A DNA stretch of 63,158 bases, filler included, from 5 parts of 5 records of this genome joined end to end with filler, not necessarily neighbours in it; one strand, 5' to 3'. Counted from the first letter of the whole stretch, positions 38,524 through 48,717 are shown. Notes: generated by a model not told the origin, from the letters alone. Program-made: numbers and translations.

Positions 38524-39657
38524 TTACTGTTCATTGCTACTTGTTAACTGCCCTTTCTTCACCCATCCCGGAAGGTTTTTATCAAAAATATACTCGTCAA
38601 TACCAACATTGTGCGAATAAATAACACGCGCCTCTTTGCCATATTCAATCAATCGAGAATGAGCTTCGCTATCCATAAATAAGGTACTCTGCTCGAATGG
38701 AGTTACCGGTAAAACCATAAACTCTTTTTTCCCATTAATAACCGGTGTATGCACCCAGGTTAAATAATAACCGGCATCACTCAATTCCGTCTGCCCATTT
38801 TCTTTGCTTAACTCGATACGTACAATTACGCCACCATCTCTTGGTGCAGTTCGCTGATTGGAGATAAAATTACCCAGCGAATAAACTACAAAATGACCCT
38901 CTTCATACTTGATAGGCTGCAAAACATGCGGATGCGATCCAATAACAATATCCACACCCTGCGACTTAAAAAGCATATTGAATTTCTCTTGCTCCGCATT
39001 GGGTAAGGTTTGATACTCCAGGCCCCAATGTACAAAAGCTATAATCTTATCCGGATTTAGTTTTTTAGCATTCGCAATATCTTCAACAATCAATTTTTCA
39101 TCTAAAAAATTTACCACATTAGGCGATGATACCGGAATACCATTTGTTCCGTAAGTGTAATTAAGCAATGCTACTTTTATTCCATTTTCACGAATCAGTA
39201 ATGGATTATTTTTAACACGATCTGCCTCATTTTTAAAGGTACCTGTATGAGGAATTCCCAAACTATCCAATACATCAATTGTTCGTTCCAAACCTTGTTT
39301 TCTGCGATCAACACAATGATTGTTGGCTGTAACCATAACATCAACCCCTGCTTCTTGCATAGCCATTGCCAATGCATCCGGTGAACTAAACTGAGGGTAA
39401 CCTTTAAACGGCGGACCAGCCAATGTTACTTCTAAATTGGCAATGGTAATATCAGCATCCTCAAAAATATTGCTCACATATTTAAAACAGCCATCATAAC
39501 TATAGGTATCATTTTGCTCGTCATAGGCACTTTTTATTTGGGTACCATGCCCCATTACATCCCCTAAAAAAACCAGCGACAGTGTTTGTGAATCCTGCGA
39601 CCATAATAAGTTTGATGTTAGCAAAATGCTAAAAATCCATATAATTAGTTTCTTCAT
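38524..39657 (-). CDS. capA: CapA (PGA_cap) family metallophosphoesterase-fold protein
   Basis: GDVM, ANLE, ANNH..D, HWG.EY, GSHPHVLQ, YSLGNF. Confidence 0.9.
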   Translation of the reverse strand: MKKLIIWIFSILLTSNLLWSQDSQTLSLVFLGDVMGHGTQIKSAYDEQNDTYSYDGCFKYVSNIFEDADITIANLEVTLAGPPFKGYPQFSSPDALAMAMQEAGVDVMVTANNHCVDRRKQGLERTIDVLDSLGIPHTGTFKNEADRVKNNPLLIRENGIKVALLNYTYGTNGIPVSSPNVVNFLDEKLIVEDIANAKKLNPDKIIAFVHWGLEYQTLPNAEQEKFNMLFKSQGVDIVIGSHPHVLQPIKYEEGHFVVYSLGNFISNQRTAPRDGGVIVRIELSKENGQTELSDAGYYLTWVHTPVINGKKEFMVLPVTPFEQSTLFMDSEAHSRLIEYGKEARVIYSHNVGIDEYIFDKNLPGWVKKGQLTSSNEQ

Positions 39658-39824
39658 ATTGTCCGTATTCTTAAAAAAGTAAAGATAAACTTAATCCTCA
39701 ATATTAACTCCCAAACAGGGCTAGTTGGTGTATGTAAATCTATAACAAACTAAAAGCTAAATTGATTTCAAACCCAATTTACTATTAATGTCATTTGGCG
39801 CTTCGCCCAATGTCATTAAGATAA

Positions 39825-39924
39825 NNNNNNNNNNNNNNNNNNNNNNNNNNNNNNNNNNNNNNNNNNNNTTAATTAATTAANNNNNNNNNNNNNNNNNNNN
39901 NNNNNNNNNNNNNNNNNNNNNNNN
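39825..39924. other. Artificial contig linker
   Basis: N44-TTAATTAATTAA-N44. Confidence 0.98.
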
Positions 39925-39981
39925 ATTTGTCTCCCACCGGGAGGATTGAGTATATTTCAGTTTGAGAGGAGAGACACGCCC

Positions 39982-40731
39982 ATGGACGACATGCAGCTGA
40001 TAGTGGATTTTTACAAGGATGCCGACCGGCTCGGCCCCGGAAGCAGCGAGGAGACGGGAAAGGCCCTGAAGCTGACCGGCCTCAACCTGAATAAGGACCT
40101 GAACATAGCCGACATAGGCTGCGGCTGCGGAGCCCAGACCCTGGATCTGGCCAAGCTGACAAAAGGAAAGATCGTCGCCGTCGACCTTTTTCCCGAGTTT
40201 CTGGACAAGGTGAAGGAGCATGCCGGCGAAGAAGGGGTGGCAGAGAGGATCAACACCCTGCAGTGCTCCATGGAGAGCCTTCCCTTTGAGAAGAACTCAC
40301 TGGACCTGATCTGGTCGGAGGGCGCTATCTACAACATGGGCTTCCAGAAAGGGCTGAAGGCCTGGCATCCCTTCCTCAAGGACGGAGGCTATATCGCCGT
40401 TTCGGAGATAACCTGGCTGAAGGAGGAGAGGCCCGATGAGCTCGAGACGTTCTGGACCGGGGCCTATTCGGAGATGTACACGACAGAGGTGAAGGAAGAA
40501 CAGCTCAGGCAGAGCGGCTACGAACTGGTCGCCAGCTTCACCGTCTCCCCCGAAAGCTGGATGAAGAACTACTACTCCCCCATGATCAATCGGATGCCCC
40601 GTTTCCTGGAGGACCATCATCATACGGCCGAAGCGGAAGAGCTTGTTCTGGAAGAGAACAGGGAGATCGATCTGTTCAGGAAGTACAAGGACTACTACGG
40701 TTACGTCTTCTATATCGGCCGGAAGGTGTAA
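39982..40731 (+). CDS. Class I SAM-dependent methyltransferase
   Basis: RLGPGS, IADIGCGCG, DLIWSEGA, YGYVFYI; ATG at 39982 follows AGGAG. Confidence 0.9.
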   Translation: MDDMQLIVDFYKDADRLGPGSSEETGKALKLTGLNLNKDLNIADIGCGCGAQTLDLAKLTKGKIVAVDLFPEFLDKVKEHAGEEGVAERINTLQCSMESLPFEKNSLDLIWSEGAIYNMGFQKGLKAWHPFLKDGGYIAVSEITWLKEERPDELETFWTGAYSEMYTTEVKEEQLRQSGYELVASFTVSPESWMKNYYSPMINRMPRFLEDHHHTAEAEELVLEENREIDLFRKYKDYYGYVFYIGRKV

Positions 40732-40769
40732 CGGGATCTTAAACGGAGATCGGAAAGGCTGATGGGCCA

Positions 40770-41558
40770 CTACAGTTTCAGTTTGAACTGCTTTGGGGTC
40801 AGGGAAAAGATATCTTTGAAATCCTTATAAAAGGATGAAAGAGAATCGTATCCGCAAGAATAGGCAATCTCCGTAATGGTCTGATTGCCATCGCCCTCAA
40901 CCAGTTTAAGTGACGCTCTGAAAATTCTATATAGCTTTAAATACTCAAAAAGGGAAATCCCGAGTTCATCCTTAAAGACTCTGGAAACGTGCCGTTCTGA
41001 ATAGTTCGCAGCTGTTGCGAAATCGTGAAGCGTCAGTCTCCTGCTGAAATTCGCCTCCATATAGCTGACGATCTTCACATTATCGGGGTTGTGGGGCAGA
41101 GGGATCCGCGCGAGGGTTGATCGGCTGGCAACCTCCCTCTCCACCAGTTGAAGCAACAGACTGAGGCACTGACGATTCAGTTCCTCATCCTCTTTCCTCC
41201 CGTCTATTCTGTCAAAAAGTGCTGTGCCCAGTTCGCTCATGTCAAAGATCGCTACCCGGCTCTCATCAACATTCAGCAAATCCCGGTGGAGATAGATGGA
41301 TTTATAACGAACCCCTTCGCCCATGACGACGGAACGGTGTAGCGCTCCCGCCGGAATGAGGGCTGCCATGCTGCTGAATAGAGGCTGCTTTCTCTCCTCG
41401 TCAACAAGCAGCGTCATTCCCGACTGTATCCTTAGCAACTGATGGCAAGAGTGGTAATGGAGCTTTTCGGTGGAGTAGTCCTTGAAAGACCCCTCAAGAA
41501 GAAAGACCTCTGAGTCCCCTGATCCTACAGGGATCTCCCTATGATCACATTTGTCCAT
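40770..41558 (-). CDS. AraC family regulator with cupin domain
   Basis: HYH..HQL cupin; SERHVSRVFK; IAYSCGYDSLSSF; divergent from the AKR gene. Confidence 0.92.
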   Translation of the reverse strand: MDKCDHREIPVGSGDSEVFLLEGSFKDYSTEKLHYHSCHQLLRIQSGMTLLVDEERKQPLFSSMAALIPAGALHRSVVMGEGVRYKSIYLHRDLLNVDESRVAIFDMSELGTALFDRIDGRKEDEELNRQCLSLLLQLVEREVASRSTLARIPLPHNPDNVKIVSYMEANFSRRLTLHDFATAANYSERHVSRVFKDELGISLFEYLKLYRIFRASLKLVEGDGNQTITEIAYSCGYDSLSSFYKDFKDIFSLTPKQFKLKL

Positions 41559-41653
41559 ATTTCATATTAAATTGTCTTTCATGCGGATGCAAGACATACC
41601 TTGTTCAACCTAAACTCCCAAAAGACTATGAAGCACCCCTTTAGGAGGGAACA

Positions 41654-42640
41654 ATGAAAAGAAGAACGCTTGGTTTAAAAGGTCCCAAAGTATCTGCCAT
41701 AGGATTGGGATGCATGGGAATGAGTGAATTCTATGGGAAATCAGATGAGAAAGATTCTCTCAGAGTCATGCTGAGAGCCCTGGAGAGGGGGGTCACCATG
41801 CTGGATACGGCGGACTGCTACGGAAACGGTCACAATGAGAGGCTTATCGCTCAGCTTGTCAAACTGCGGCCTGAAGATCTGTTCATCGCAACCAAGTTCG
41901 GTATCGTCCGGGAGCCGGGTGTGTACGCAAGAAAGATATGCGGAAAGCCCGAATACGTCAGAGAAGCGGCGGAGGCCAGCCTCAAACGCCTGGGCGTGGA
42001 AGCGATAGACCTTTACTATCTCCACAGGGTGGACAAGGACGTTCCCATTGAGGAGACCGTGGGAGCCATGTCCGATCTGGTTCGGGAGGGGAAGGTCAAA
42101 TATATAGGGCTTTCCGAGGCTTCAGCCCAGACCGTTCTCAAGGCTCATGCGGTTCATCCTCTCAGCTGTGTTCAGTCTGAGTATTCCCTCTTCACCAGAG
42201 ACGTGGAGCAATCGCTCCTTCCCGTGCTGAGGGAAAAGGGCATTGGATTTGTCCCTTACAGCCCTCTTGGCAGGGGAATGCTGAGCGGGAAGCTGACGAA
42301 GGGGACCATGGAACAGGATGGGGACCTTAGAAAGCACCTTCCGCGAAGCTCAGGAGAAAACTACGATGAGAATATGAAACTTGTTCGTCAGCTGGAAACG
42401 CTGGCCGCGGAACAAGGAGTACGCCCATCCCAACTGGCCCTGGCATGGGTCCTGTCTCAGGGAGAGGATATCATACCCATTCCAGGTACGAGAAGGATCG
42501 AATATCTGGAAGAGAATATCCAAGCGGCGGATATGTCACTGGAAAAAGCCGATCTGGAAAGGATAGGAGCCCTTTTCCCTCCAGGCGCCGTAAAAGGAGA
42601 ACGCTATACTCCGGAGGGTATGAAAGGGGTGAACGCTTAG
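41654..42640 (+). CDS. Aldo/keto reductase (AKR13/YakC-like)
   Basis: GLGCMGMS, DTADCYG, ATKFG, YYLHR, YSPLGRG, PIPGT. Confidence 0.93.
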   Translation: MKRRTLGLKGPKVSAIGLGCMGMSEFYGKSDEKDSLRVMLRALERGVTMLDTADCYGNGHNERLIAQLVKLRPEDLFIATKFGIVREPGVYARKICGKPEYVREAAEASLKRLGVEAIDLYYLHRVDKDVPIEETVGAMSDLVREGKVKYIGLSEASAQTVLKAHAVHPLSCVQSEYSLFTRDVEQSLLPVLREKGIGFVPYSPLGRGMLSGKLTKGTMEQDGDLRKHLPRSSGENYDENMKLVRQLETLAAEQGVRPSQLALAWVLSQGEDIIPIPGTRRIEYLEENIQAADMSLEKADLERIGALFPPGAVKGERYTPEGMKGVNA

Positions 42641-42712
42641 AGCTGTTGCGAACAGCCCGTGACCTTCTATGCCTTGAACCGGAACCTGAAATTTCAGATT
42701 GACCATTAATCA

Positions 42713-42787
42713 ATGGAAAACCCGTCATTCAGACTTGACGGGTTTTCCATGCGCCCTTTATATTAACTACCATGGTAGTTAATATAA
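42713..42787 (+). promoter_or_regulatory. 15-bp inverted repeat, sigma70 promoter and 30-bp palindromic operator over the trmB start codon
   Basis: ATGGAAAACCCGTCA/TGACGGGTTTTCCAT; TTGACG-N18-TATATT; TTATATTAACTACCATGGTAGTTAATATAA 42758-42787. Confidence 0.75.
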
Positions 42788-43599
42788 TTGATCGCCTGAA
42801 AGAGACAGGCCTGAGCGACTATGAGTCCCGGGCCTACGCGGCCCTCCTGGAGGAACATCCCATGACGGCTTACGAATGCGCCGGTCAGGCGGGCATCCCC
42901 ACCTCCAAGATCTACGGAGTCATCCGGAAGCTGGAGGAGAAGGAGCTGGTCCTGGAGCTGAGCGAGAAGAACAAGAAGCGCTACATCCCCCAGGATCCGG
43001 AGGAGTATATCTCGTCCTACCGCTTCAGGATGGAGAAAAACCTCAAGGCCCTGAGCGAGGAGTTGAAACAGCCCCGCCGCCCCAGAGAGGTCTCCTATGT
43101 CTGGAATCTGAACAGCAGGGAGAGCCTCCTGGAACAGGCGGAGAAGATGATAGGGCGCAGCAGGGAGTCGATCCTCATATCCCTCTGGCCCGAAGAATAC
43201 GAGGTCCTGGCGACGGCCCTCCGCCGCAGGGAGGAAGAGGGCCTGAAAACGGCTCTTGTCTATTTCGGAGCCTCCGGGGGAACGCCCTGCGGGAAGGCAG
43301 GCAATCCCGTATTCGAACATCCCATAGAGGACACCCTCTACGAGGAGAAGGGAGGGCGCGGTTTCACCCTCGTCTGCGACGGGGGAGAGGCCCTGTCGGG
43401 AACCATCTCCCGGCAGGGCACAGAGGGAGCCTGGAGCCGGAGCCGGGGATTCGTCACCCTGGCGGAGGACTATGTGAAGCACGACGTCTACATCATGAAG
43501 ATCGTCCGCCGCTTCGACCGGGAGCTGGTGGAGCGTTTCGGCGAGGGCTATACCCTGCTGAGAGACATATACAACGACAAAGAGAAAGGAGAGGAGTAA
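42772..43599 (+). CDS. TrmB family transcriptional regulator
   Basis: GLSDYESRAYAALL, IPTSKIYGVIRKLEEK wHTH plus C-terminal effector domain. Confidence 0.9.
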   Translation: MVVNIIDRLKETGLSDYESRAYAALLEEHPMTAYECAGQAGIPTSKIYGVIRKLEEKELVLELSEKNKKRYIPQDPEEYISSYRFRMEKNLKALSEELKQPRRPREVSYVWNLNSRESLLEQAEKMIGRSRESILISLWPEEYEVLATALRRREEEGLKTALVYFGASGGTPCGKAGNPVFEHPIEDTLYEEKGGRGFTLVCDGGEALSGTISRQGTEGAWSRSRGFVTLAEDYVKHDVYIMKIVRRFDRELVERFGEGYTLLRDIYNDKEKGEE

Positions 43600-44450
43600 T
43601 GGAAATCTACATCGACGGCGAATGGTATCCCAGAGAAGAGGCGAAAATATCCGTCTACGATCACGGCCTGCTCTACGGAGACGGCCTGTTCGAGGGGATC
43701 AGGATCTACAACGGAAAGATCTTCAAGCTGAAAGAGCATGTGGAGAGGCTCTTCGACGGGGCCGGGGTTCTGAAACTGGATCTTCGCAGAAGCCCGGCGG
43801 AGATAGAAGGGCTCCTGCTGGAAGCCTTGAGGCGGAGCGGACGGAAGGAAGGATACATCCGCCTTCTGGCCACCCGGGGGAAGGGCCCCCTGGGGATCGA
43901 TCCGACCACATGCCCGGAAAGCAGCCTGGTCATCATAACCGAGGATATCCAGCTCTATCCGCAGGAGCTCTACGAGTCGGGCATCCCCGTGGTAACCGCC
44001 GCCACCCGCAGGCTGAGCGCCCGGGTGTTCGATCCGAGGATCAAAAGCCTGAACTACCTGAACAACATCATGGCCAAGATGGAGGCCCGGGAGGCGGGCT
44101 GCCTGGAGGCGGTGATGCTCAACGAAGAGGGATATGTCTGCGAGTGCACGGCGGACAATATCTTCATCGTTAAAAAGGGGGAGCTGCTGACTCCCGCCCC
44201 CTGGCTGGGCATGCTGGAGGGGATCACTCGGAACAGCATCATCGATCTGGCCGCCGAAGCCGCCGTACCCTGCCGGGAGACCACCCTGACCCGCTTCGAT
44301 CTCTACACGGCGGACGAGTGCTTTATGACCGGCTCGGGCGCCGAGCTGATGCCCATATGCGCTGTGGACGGCAGAACCATAGGGGACGGGAATCCCGGCC
44401 CCATAACGGGGAAACTGAAGGAAGCGTTCGCCGCATTGGTCAGAGGCTGA
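43599..44450 (+). CDS. ilvE: Branched-chain amino acid aminotransferase (fold IV)
   Basis: DHGLLYGDGLFEGIR, KSLNY, ECTADN, LEGITR, TGSGAE; TAATG coupling to trmB. Confidence 0.9.
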   Translation: MEIYIDGEWYPREEAKISVYDHGLLYGDGLFEGIRIYNGKIFKLKEHVERLFDGAGVLKLDLRRSPAEIEGLLLEALRRSGRKEGYIRLLATRGKGPLGIDPTTCPESSLVIITEDIQLYPQELYESGIPVVTAATRRLSARVFDPRIKSLNYLNNIMAKMEAREAGCLEAVMLNEEGYVCECTADNIFIVKKGELLTPAPWLGMLEGITRNSIIDLAAEAAVPCRETTLTRFDLYTADECFMTGSGAELMPICAVDGRTIGDGNPGPITGKLKEAFAALVRG

Positions 44451-44558
44451 GACACCGAGCGACAATCTTTTCAGGGCCGGTTTGAAAATCGGCCATTGAT
44501 ACATATTCTCCTGTTCCGTCAATTTCGCTATACTGTCGCCTGTTTAAGGAGTCCCGTT

Positions 44559-45923
44559 ATCAATACTGAAAAGAATCACCTCATTCCCGGAACCTTCCCC
44601 TTCAATCCCCGGAAGGTTCCTTTTTATTACGGATGGGTCGCCCTGGCGGCCGGAGTCATCGGCGTCGTTATAAGCATCCCCGGGCAGACCATGGGGGTAT
44701 CCGTTTTCACCGACCATCTGATAGAAGGCCTGAAACTGAGCAGAGTGGAGATCTCCACCGCCTATATGATCGGCACCCTGATCAGCGCCATGGCCATGAC
44801 CCGGGCCGGAGTGTTCTACGACCGCTTCGGCGCCCGGGTCGCCGCGTCCATCGCCGTCACAGGCCTGAGCCTCTGCCTTCTGGTCCTCTCCCGCTCGGTG
44901 GAACTGACCTCCTCCCTGGCGGGCCTTCTGAACCAGTCCCTGAGCCGCATAAGCTTTCCCTTCATCGTCCTGGGATTCCTGGGCATCCGCTTCTTCGGGC
45001 AGGGGATACTGACCCTCGTCTCCCGGGGCATGGTGATGCGCTGGTTCGAGGAGCACAGAGGGTTCGCCTCCGCCTTCAGAGGCATCTTCGTGTCCTTCAC
45101 CTTCTCCTATGCCCCCCGCGGGCTGCAGGCCCTGATAAACATGAGGGGCTGGCAGGGTTCGTGGAGGTTGATGGGCCTCTTCCTTCTCTGCGCGGCCCTT
45201 CCCTTCATCGTGATCTTCTTCAGAGACAGTCCCGAAGACTGCGGCATAGGGATGGAAGAGGGGATCCGCCTCAAGCACAGGGAGAAGAAGATCCCCAGCG
45301 AACCGAAGCGCTCCCTGACCCTGGAGGAAGCCAGAAAGGATCCCAGGCTCTGGTGCTATATGGTCATCCTGGGCTTCTTCGCCCTCTACAACACAGCCTT
45401 CACCTTCCACATCACATCCATATTCGCCTCCCTGGGAAGGAGCAGCACCCAGGCGGTCTCCATCTTCCTGCCCATTGCGATCCTCTCTGTGGTCTCCGGA
45501 TTCTTCGGGAACTGGATCAGCGACTTCATCGATCTGAAATACCATTTCTACGCCTTCGTCCTGACGATGGCAGTGGGCGCCTTCGCCCTCACCCTCCCCT
45601 ATACGGCCTTCTCGGAGATACTGCTTATCTCCGGATTCGGTCTGGCGGGAGGATTCTTCAATGTCCTCAACTCGGTGACCTGGCCCAAGCTCTTCGGAAG
45701 AGAGCACCTGGGAGCCATCTCCGGCCTGGGCATGAGTTTCGTCGTGGCGGGCAGCGCCCTGGGCCCCATGATCTTCAGCCTGATGGAGAAGGTCTGGGGA
45801 GACTATAGCAATACGGGATGGCTGGGCGTGGGGGCGTCCCTTCTTCTGGGTCTTGTCAGCTTTCCCTTCTTGATAAAGAATAGGAAGACAGACGGAGCCC
45901 CCGAAGGGGAAGCCCTTCTCTGA
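44559..45923 (+). CDS. MFS transporter (start uncertain: ATC 44559 or TTG 44496)
   Basis: FYYGW, DRFGAR, FGREHLGAI; about 12 TM segments. Confidence 0.85.
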   Translation: MNTEKNHLIPGTFPFNPRKVPFYYGWVALAAGVIGVVISIPGQTMGVSVFTDHLIEGLKLSRVEISTAYMIGTLISAMAMTRAGVFYDRFGARVAASIAVTGLSLCLLVLSRSVELTSSLAGLLNQSLSRISFPFIVLGFLGIRFFGQGILTLVSRGMVMRWFEEHRGFASAFRGIFVSFTFSYAPRGLQALINMRGWQGSWRLMGLFLLCAALPFIVIFFRDSPEDCGIGMEEGIRLKHREKKIPSEPKRSLTLEEARKDPRLWCYMVILGFFALYNTAFTFHITSIFASLGRSSTQAVSIFLPIAILSVVSGFFGNWISDFIDLKYHFYAFVLTMAVGAFALTLPYTAFSEILLISGFGLAGGFFNVLNSVTWPKLFGREHLGAISGLGMSFVVAGSALGPMIFSLMEKVWGDYSNTGWLGVGASLLLGLVSFPFLIKNRKTDGAPEGEALL

Positions 45924-45949
45924 ATCAGCGTTGAAGTGAGAGTCCGATC

Positions 45950-46810
45950 ATGAGCATATATTATCTGGATGGAGAATTCGTAGAGGCCGGGAAGGCCATG
46001 TTGTCCGTTAACGACCTGACCGTGCTCAGGGGTTACGGCATCTTCGACTTTATGAGGACCTACAACAAGAGGCCCTTCCATCTGGAGGAGCATATCGAAA
46101 GGCTTATCCATTCGGGGGAAAAGATCGGGCTGGAACTGCCCTGCAGCCGGGAGGAGCTCTACTCCATCGTGATGGAAACCCTGAAGAGAAACGAGCCGGG
46201 GGAAGACGGGGAGTATAATATCCGCATCGTCTACACCGGCGGCGTCTGTCCCGATTCGGTGACCCCCGGGGGGAACGGAAAGCTCATCGTCATGGTCACG
46301 CCGAAACAGCCCGTTCCCGCCAGCTGGTACAGCGACGGGGTCAAGATCGTTACGGTGGACGTGGAACGCTACATCCCGGAAGCCAAGAGCACCAACTACC
46401 TGAACGCCATCGTCGCCCAGCAGAAGGCCAAGAAAGCCGGAGCCGTGGAATCGATCTACGTAGACCATCAGGGACGGGTGCTGGAAGGCACCACCACCAA
46501 TATATTCCTGTTCCTTGACGGGCACTGGGTCACCCCGGACGAGGGCATACTCAAGGGCATCACCCGTTCGGTGCTTCTGGATTTGATAGGCCGGCACGCG
46601 GATCTGGAGCTCAGGGACCTCAGCCGTGAGGATATAGCCGCCGCCGATGAGATCATGATCACAGCCTCCAACAAAGAGATCGTCCCCGTCATCCGGGTGG
46701 ATGAGAAGGTCATAGGGGACGGCAAGGTCGGAAAAGAGACCCGCAGGATCATGGACGCCTTCCGCAGGCTGACGCGCAGCTACGGCAGAGAAAAGATCAG
46801 GACACATTAG
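45950..46810 (+). CDS. Class IV aminotransferase, D-amino acid transaminase-like
   Basis: LRGYGIFDFMRT, KSTNY, EGTTTN, LKGITR, TASNKE. Confidence 0.85.
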   Translation: MSIYYLDGEFVEAGKAMLSVNDLTVLRGYGIFDFMRTYNKRPFHLEEHIERLIHSGEKIGLELPCSREELYSIVMETLKRNEPGEDGEYNIRIVYTGGVCPDSVTPGGNGKLIVMVTPKQPVPASWYSDGVKIVTVDVERYIPEAKSTNYLNAIVAQQKAKKAGAVESIYVDHQGRVLEGTTTNIFLFLDGHWVTPDEGILKGITRSVLLDLIGRHADLELRDLSREDIAAADEIMITASNKEIVPVIRVDEKVIGDGKVGKETRRIMDAFRRLTRSYGREKIRTH

Positions 46811-46998
46811 AACAATCCCCTCCCCCAAGCATCCCAACCTGTATTATGATAGGGACTGACGGATCGCTCCCGCAACGGCGTTCCGACAGAAAAGAGGCGG
46901 CCGGCCCGCAGAGACAGCGCTCCGGCGAAACAGCGGCTGCCCGCCCCTATGGCAGAGCGTCGCCGGCTCCGGCGTTTTGCCCGACAGGAGACAGGAAG

Positions 46999-48717
46999 AT
47001 GGAAACCCCTTTAGAGATCAATGCCGACACGGCCATTCCCTATGACAGGAAGGACGGCAAGGAGAAGAACCGGCGTCCCAACATTCTCCTTCTGATGACC
47101 GATCAGCAGCGCTTCGACACCATAAACGCGGCGGGCGCGGAGCATATGTACAGCCCCCAGATGGACAGGCTGGCCTCGTCGGGACGCCTATACAGCAAAG
47201 CCTTCACCCCCGTGCCCGACGGCATGGCCGCCCGGCACAACCTCCTGACCGGTACGGTCGGCAAGGTCCACGGCTACACGGAAAACAACAAGAACTTCGG
47301 CATGCCCGGATGGATACAGACCTTCCCCCAGCTTCTGTCGGACCACGGCTACGAGACCGTTGCCATCGGAAAGAACCAGTTCGTCCCCCCCCGCAGGCAC
47401 AGGGGATACGACAGGGTGCAGCTCATGGAACCCAATCCCTCTTTCAGGGAGGAGGACGACTACGCCGTCTTTCTGAAGGAGAAGGGATGGGGGCATATCC
47501 TCAATATCCACGGCTGTGAGAACCTGCTGCTCCATACCCCCCAGAGCCCCCTCCTGCCCGAGGAGTACCAGGGCGACAGCTGGGCCGCCGACAGGGCCAT
47601 CGGCTTTCTGGAGACCAACAGGGGGCGCCATCCCTGGCTGCTCAAGGTCAGCTGGCTCTCCCCCCGTCCGCCCCAGACTCCGGCCCTGCGCTTTGCGGAT
47701 CTCTACAGGGAGGCGGAACTCCCGGAACTGCTCTCCGCCTCCACTCCCCTGAGCGTCGCCTCCGAGGAGAACGCCGCCCTTTTCAGGCGTATCCCCCAGC
47801 AGTGGTTCCGCCGGTACAGGGAGCTTTACTACGCCTCCGTCAGCCAGGTGGATTACAACATAGGACGGATTCTGGACTGCCTGGAGGATACGGGGCAGAG
47901 GCACAATACCCTGATCATATTCCTGAGCGACCACGGCGACATGCTGGGCGATTACGGCTGTATGGATAAGGGGCTGCCCTACGACGGCTGCTGCCGCATC
48001 CCCATGATCCTCAGCTTTCCGGACAGGATAGAAGCGGGAGAGAGGAACGACGACTTCGTCGACCTGAACGACATCCTCCCCACCATTCTGGATGCCGCCG
48101 GCGTCAGCGTAAGCTACAACAAGACCCAGCTGCCCGGGGAGAGCCTCCTCCTCCCTCCAGACAAGCGCAGGAAGAGACGGGACAGACAGTATGTCGAATA
48201 CGGCTCCGGCCTGAAACGCTGGGTATCCCTGAGGAGCGACCTGTATAAATACAACTACTATTACAGGGACGGAAAGGAAGAGTTCTTCAAGCTGGACGAG
48301 AAGAACGGAGAGGGACGCAACCTCCTCTTCAGCTCCCTGGACGAGGAGACGGCGGCTGAGAAGGAAAAAATGAAGCGGGAGCTGATAGCCATGGAGGAGC
48401 TCTGGGGCCCCGAGGGCAGCGTCAACGCGGACGATTTCGTCCGCCTTGAAGGGACCGAGGCTCCCCAGCCCCCCCGCACGGGGCGCTTCCCCGAATTCCA
48501 GAAGAGCATAAGGGATGAGCGGGAGAAGCAGAAGATGAACAGCTTCCTGGACGAGATCCTCCAGTGCGTCGAGAAAGAGGAGATCGTGGAGCTGGAGCGC
48601 CTTGACCTGGAGAACTGGCAGAAAGAGGGAGGATTCGGGGACAAAGAGCTCCGGGAGCTCCTGGAAAAAGAGAAAAAACTCAGAAACAGACAGACGGGAG
48701 AGAGGAATGGAGATTAG
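46999..48717 (+). CDS. Sulfatase-fold protein lacking the formylglycine precursor (putative pseudo-sulfatase)
   Basis: RPNILLLMTDQQR, SDHG; PDGMAAR in place of CxPxR; ATG at 46999 follows AGGAG/AGGA. Confidence 0.85.
   Translation: METPLEINADTAIPYDRKDGKEKNRRPNILLLMTDQQRFDTINAAGAEHMYSPQMDRLASSGRLYSKAFTPVPDGMAARHNLLTGTVGKVHGYTENNKNFGMPGWIQTFPQLLSDHGYETVAIGKNQFVPPRRHRGYDRVQLMEPNPSFREEDDYAVFLKEKGWGHILNIHGCENLLLHTPQSPLLPEEYQGDSWAADRAIGFLETNRGRHPWLLKVSWLSPRPPQTPALRFADLYREAELPELLSASTPLSVASEENAALFRRIPQQWFRRYRELYYASVSQVDYNIGRILDCLEDTGQRHNTLIIFLSDHGDMLGDYGCMDKGLPYDGCCRIPMILSFPDRIEAGERNDDFVDLNDILPTILDAAGVSVSYNKTQLPGESLLLPPDKRRKRRDRQYVEYGSGLKRWVSLRSDLYKYNYYYRDGKEEFFKLDEKNGEGRNLLFSSLDEETAAEKEKMKRELIAMEELWGPEGSVNADDFVRLEGTEAPQPPRTGRFPEFQKSIRDEREKQKMNSFLDEILQCVEKEEIVELERLDLENWQKEGGFGDKELRELLEKEKKLRNRQTGERNGD

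Noticed and set aside
39785-39824. AATGTCATT direct repeat around a GGCG-CTT-CGCC mini-hairpin at the contig end
   Set aside because: Too short and truncated to assign; possibly the edge of a repeat element.
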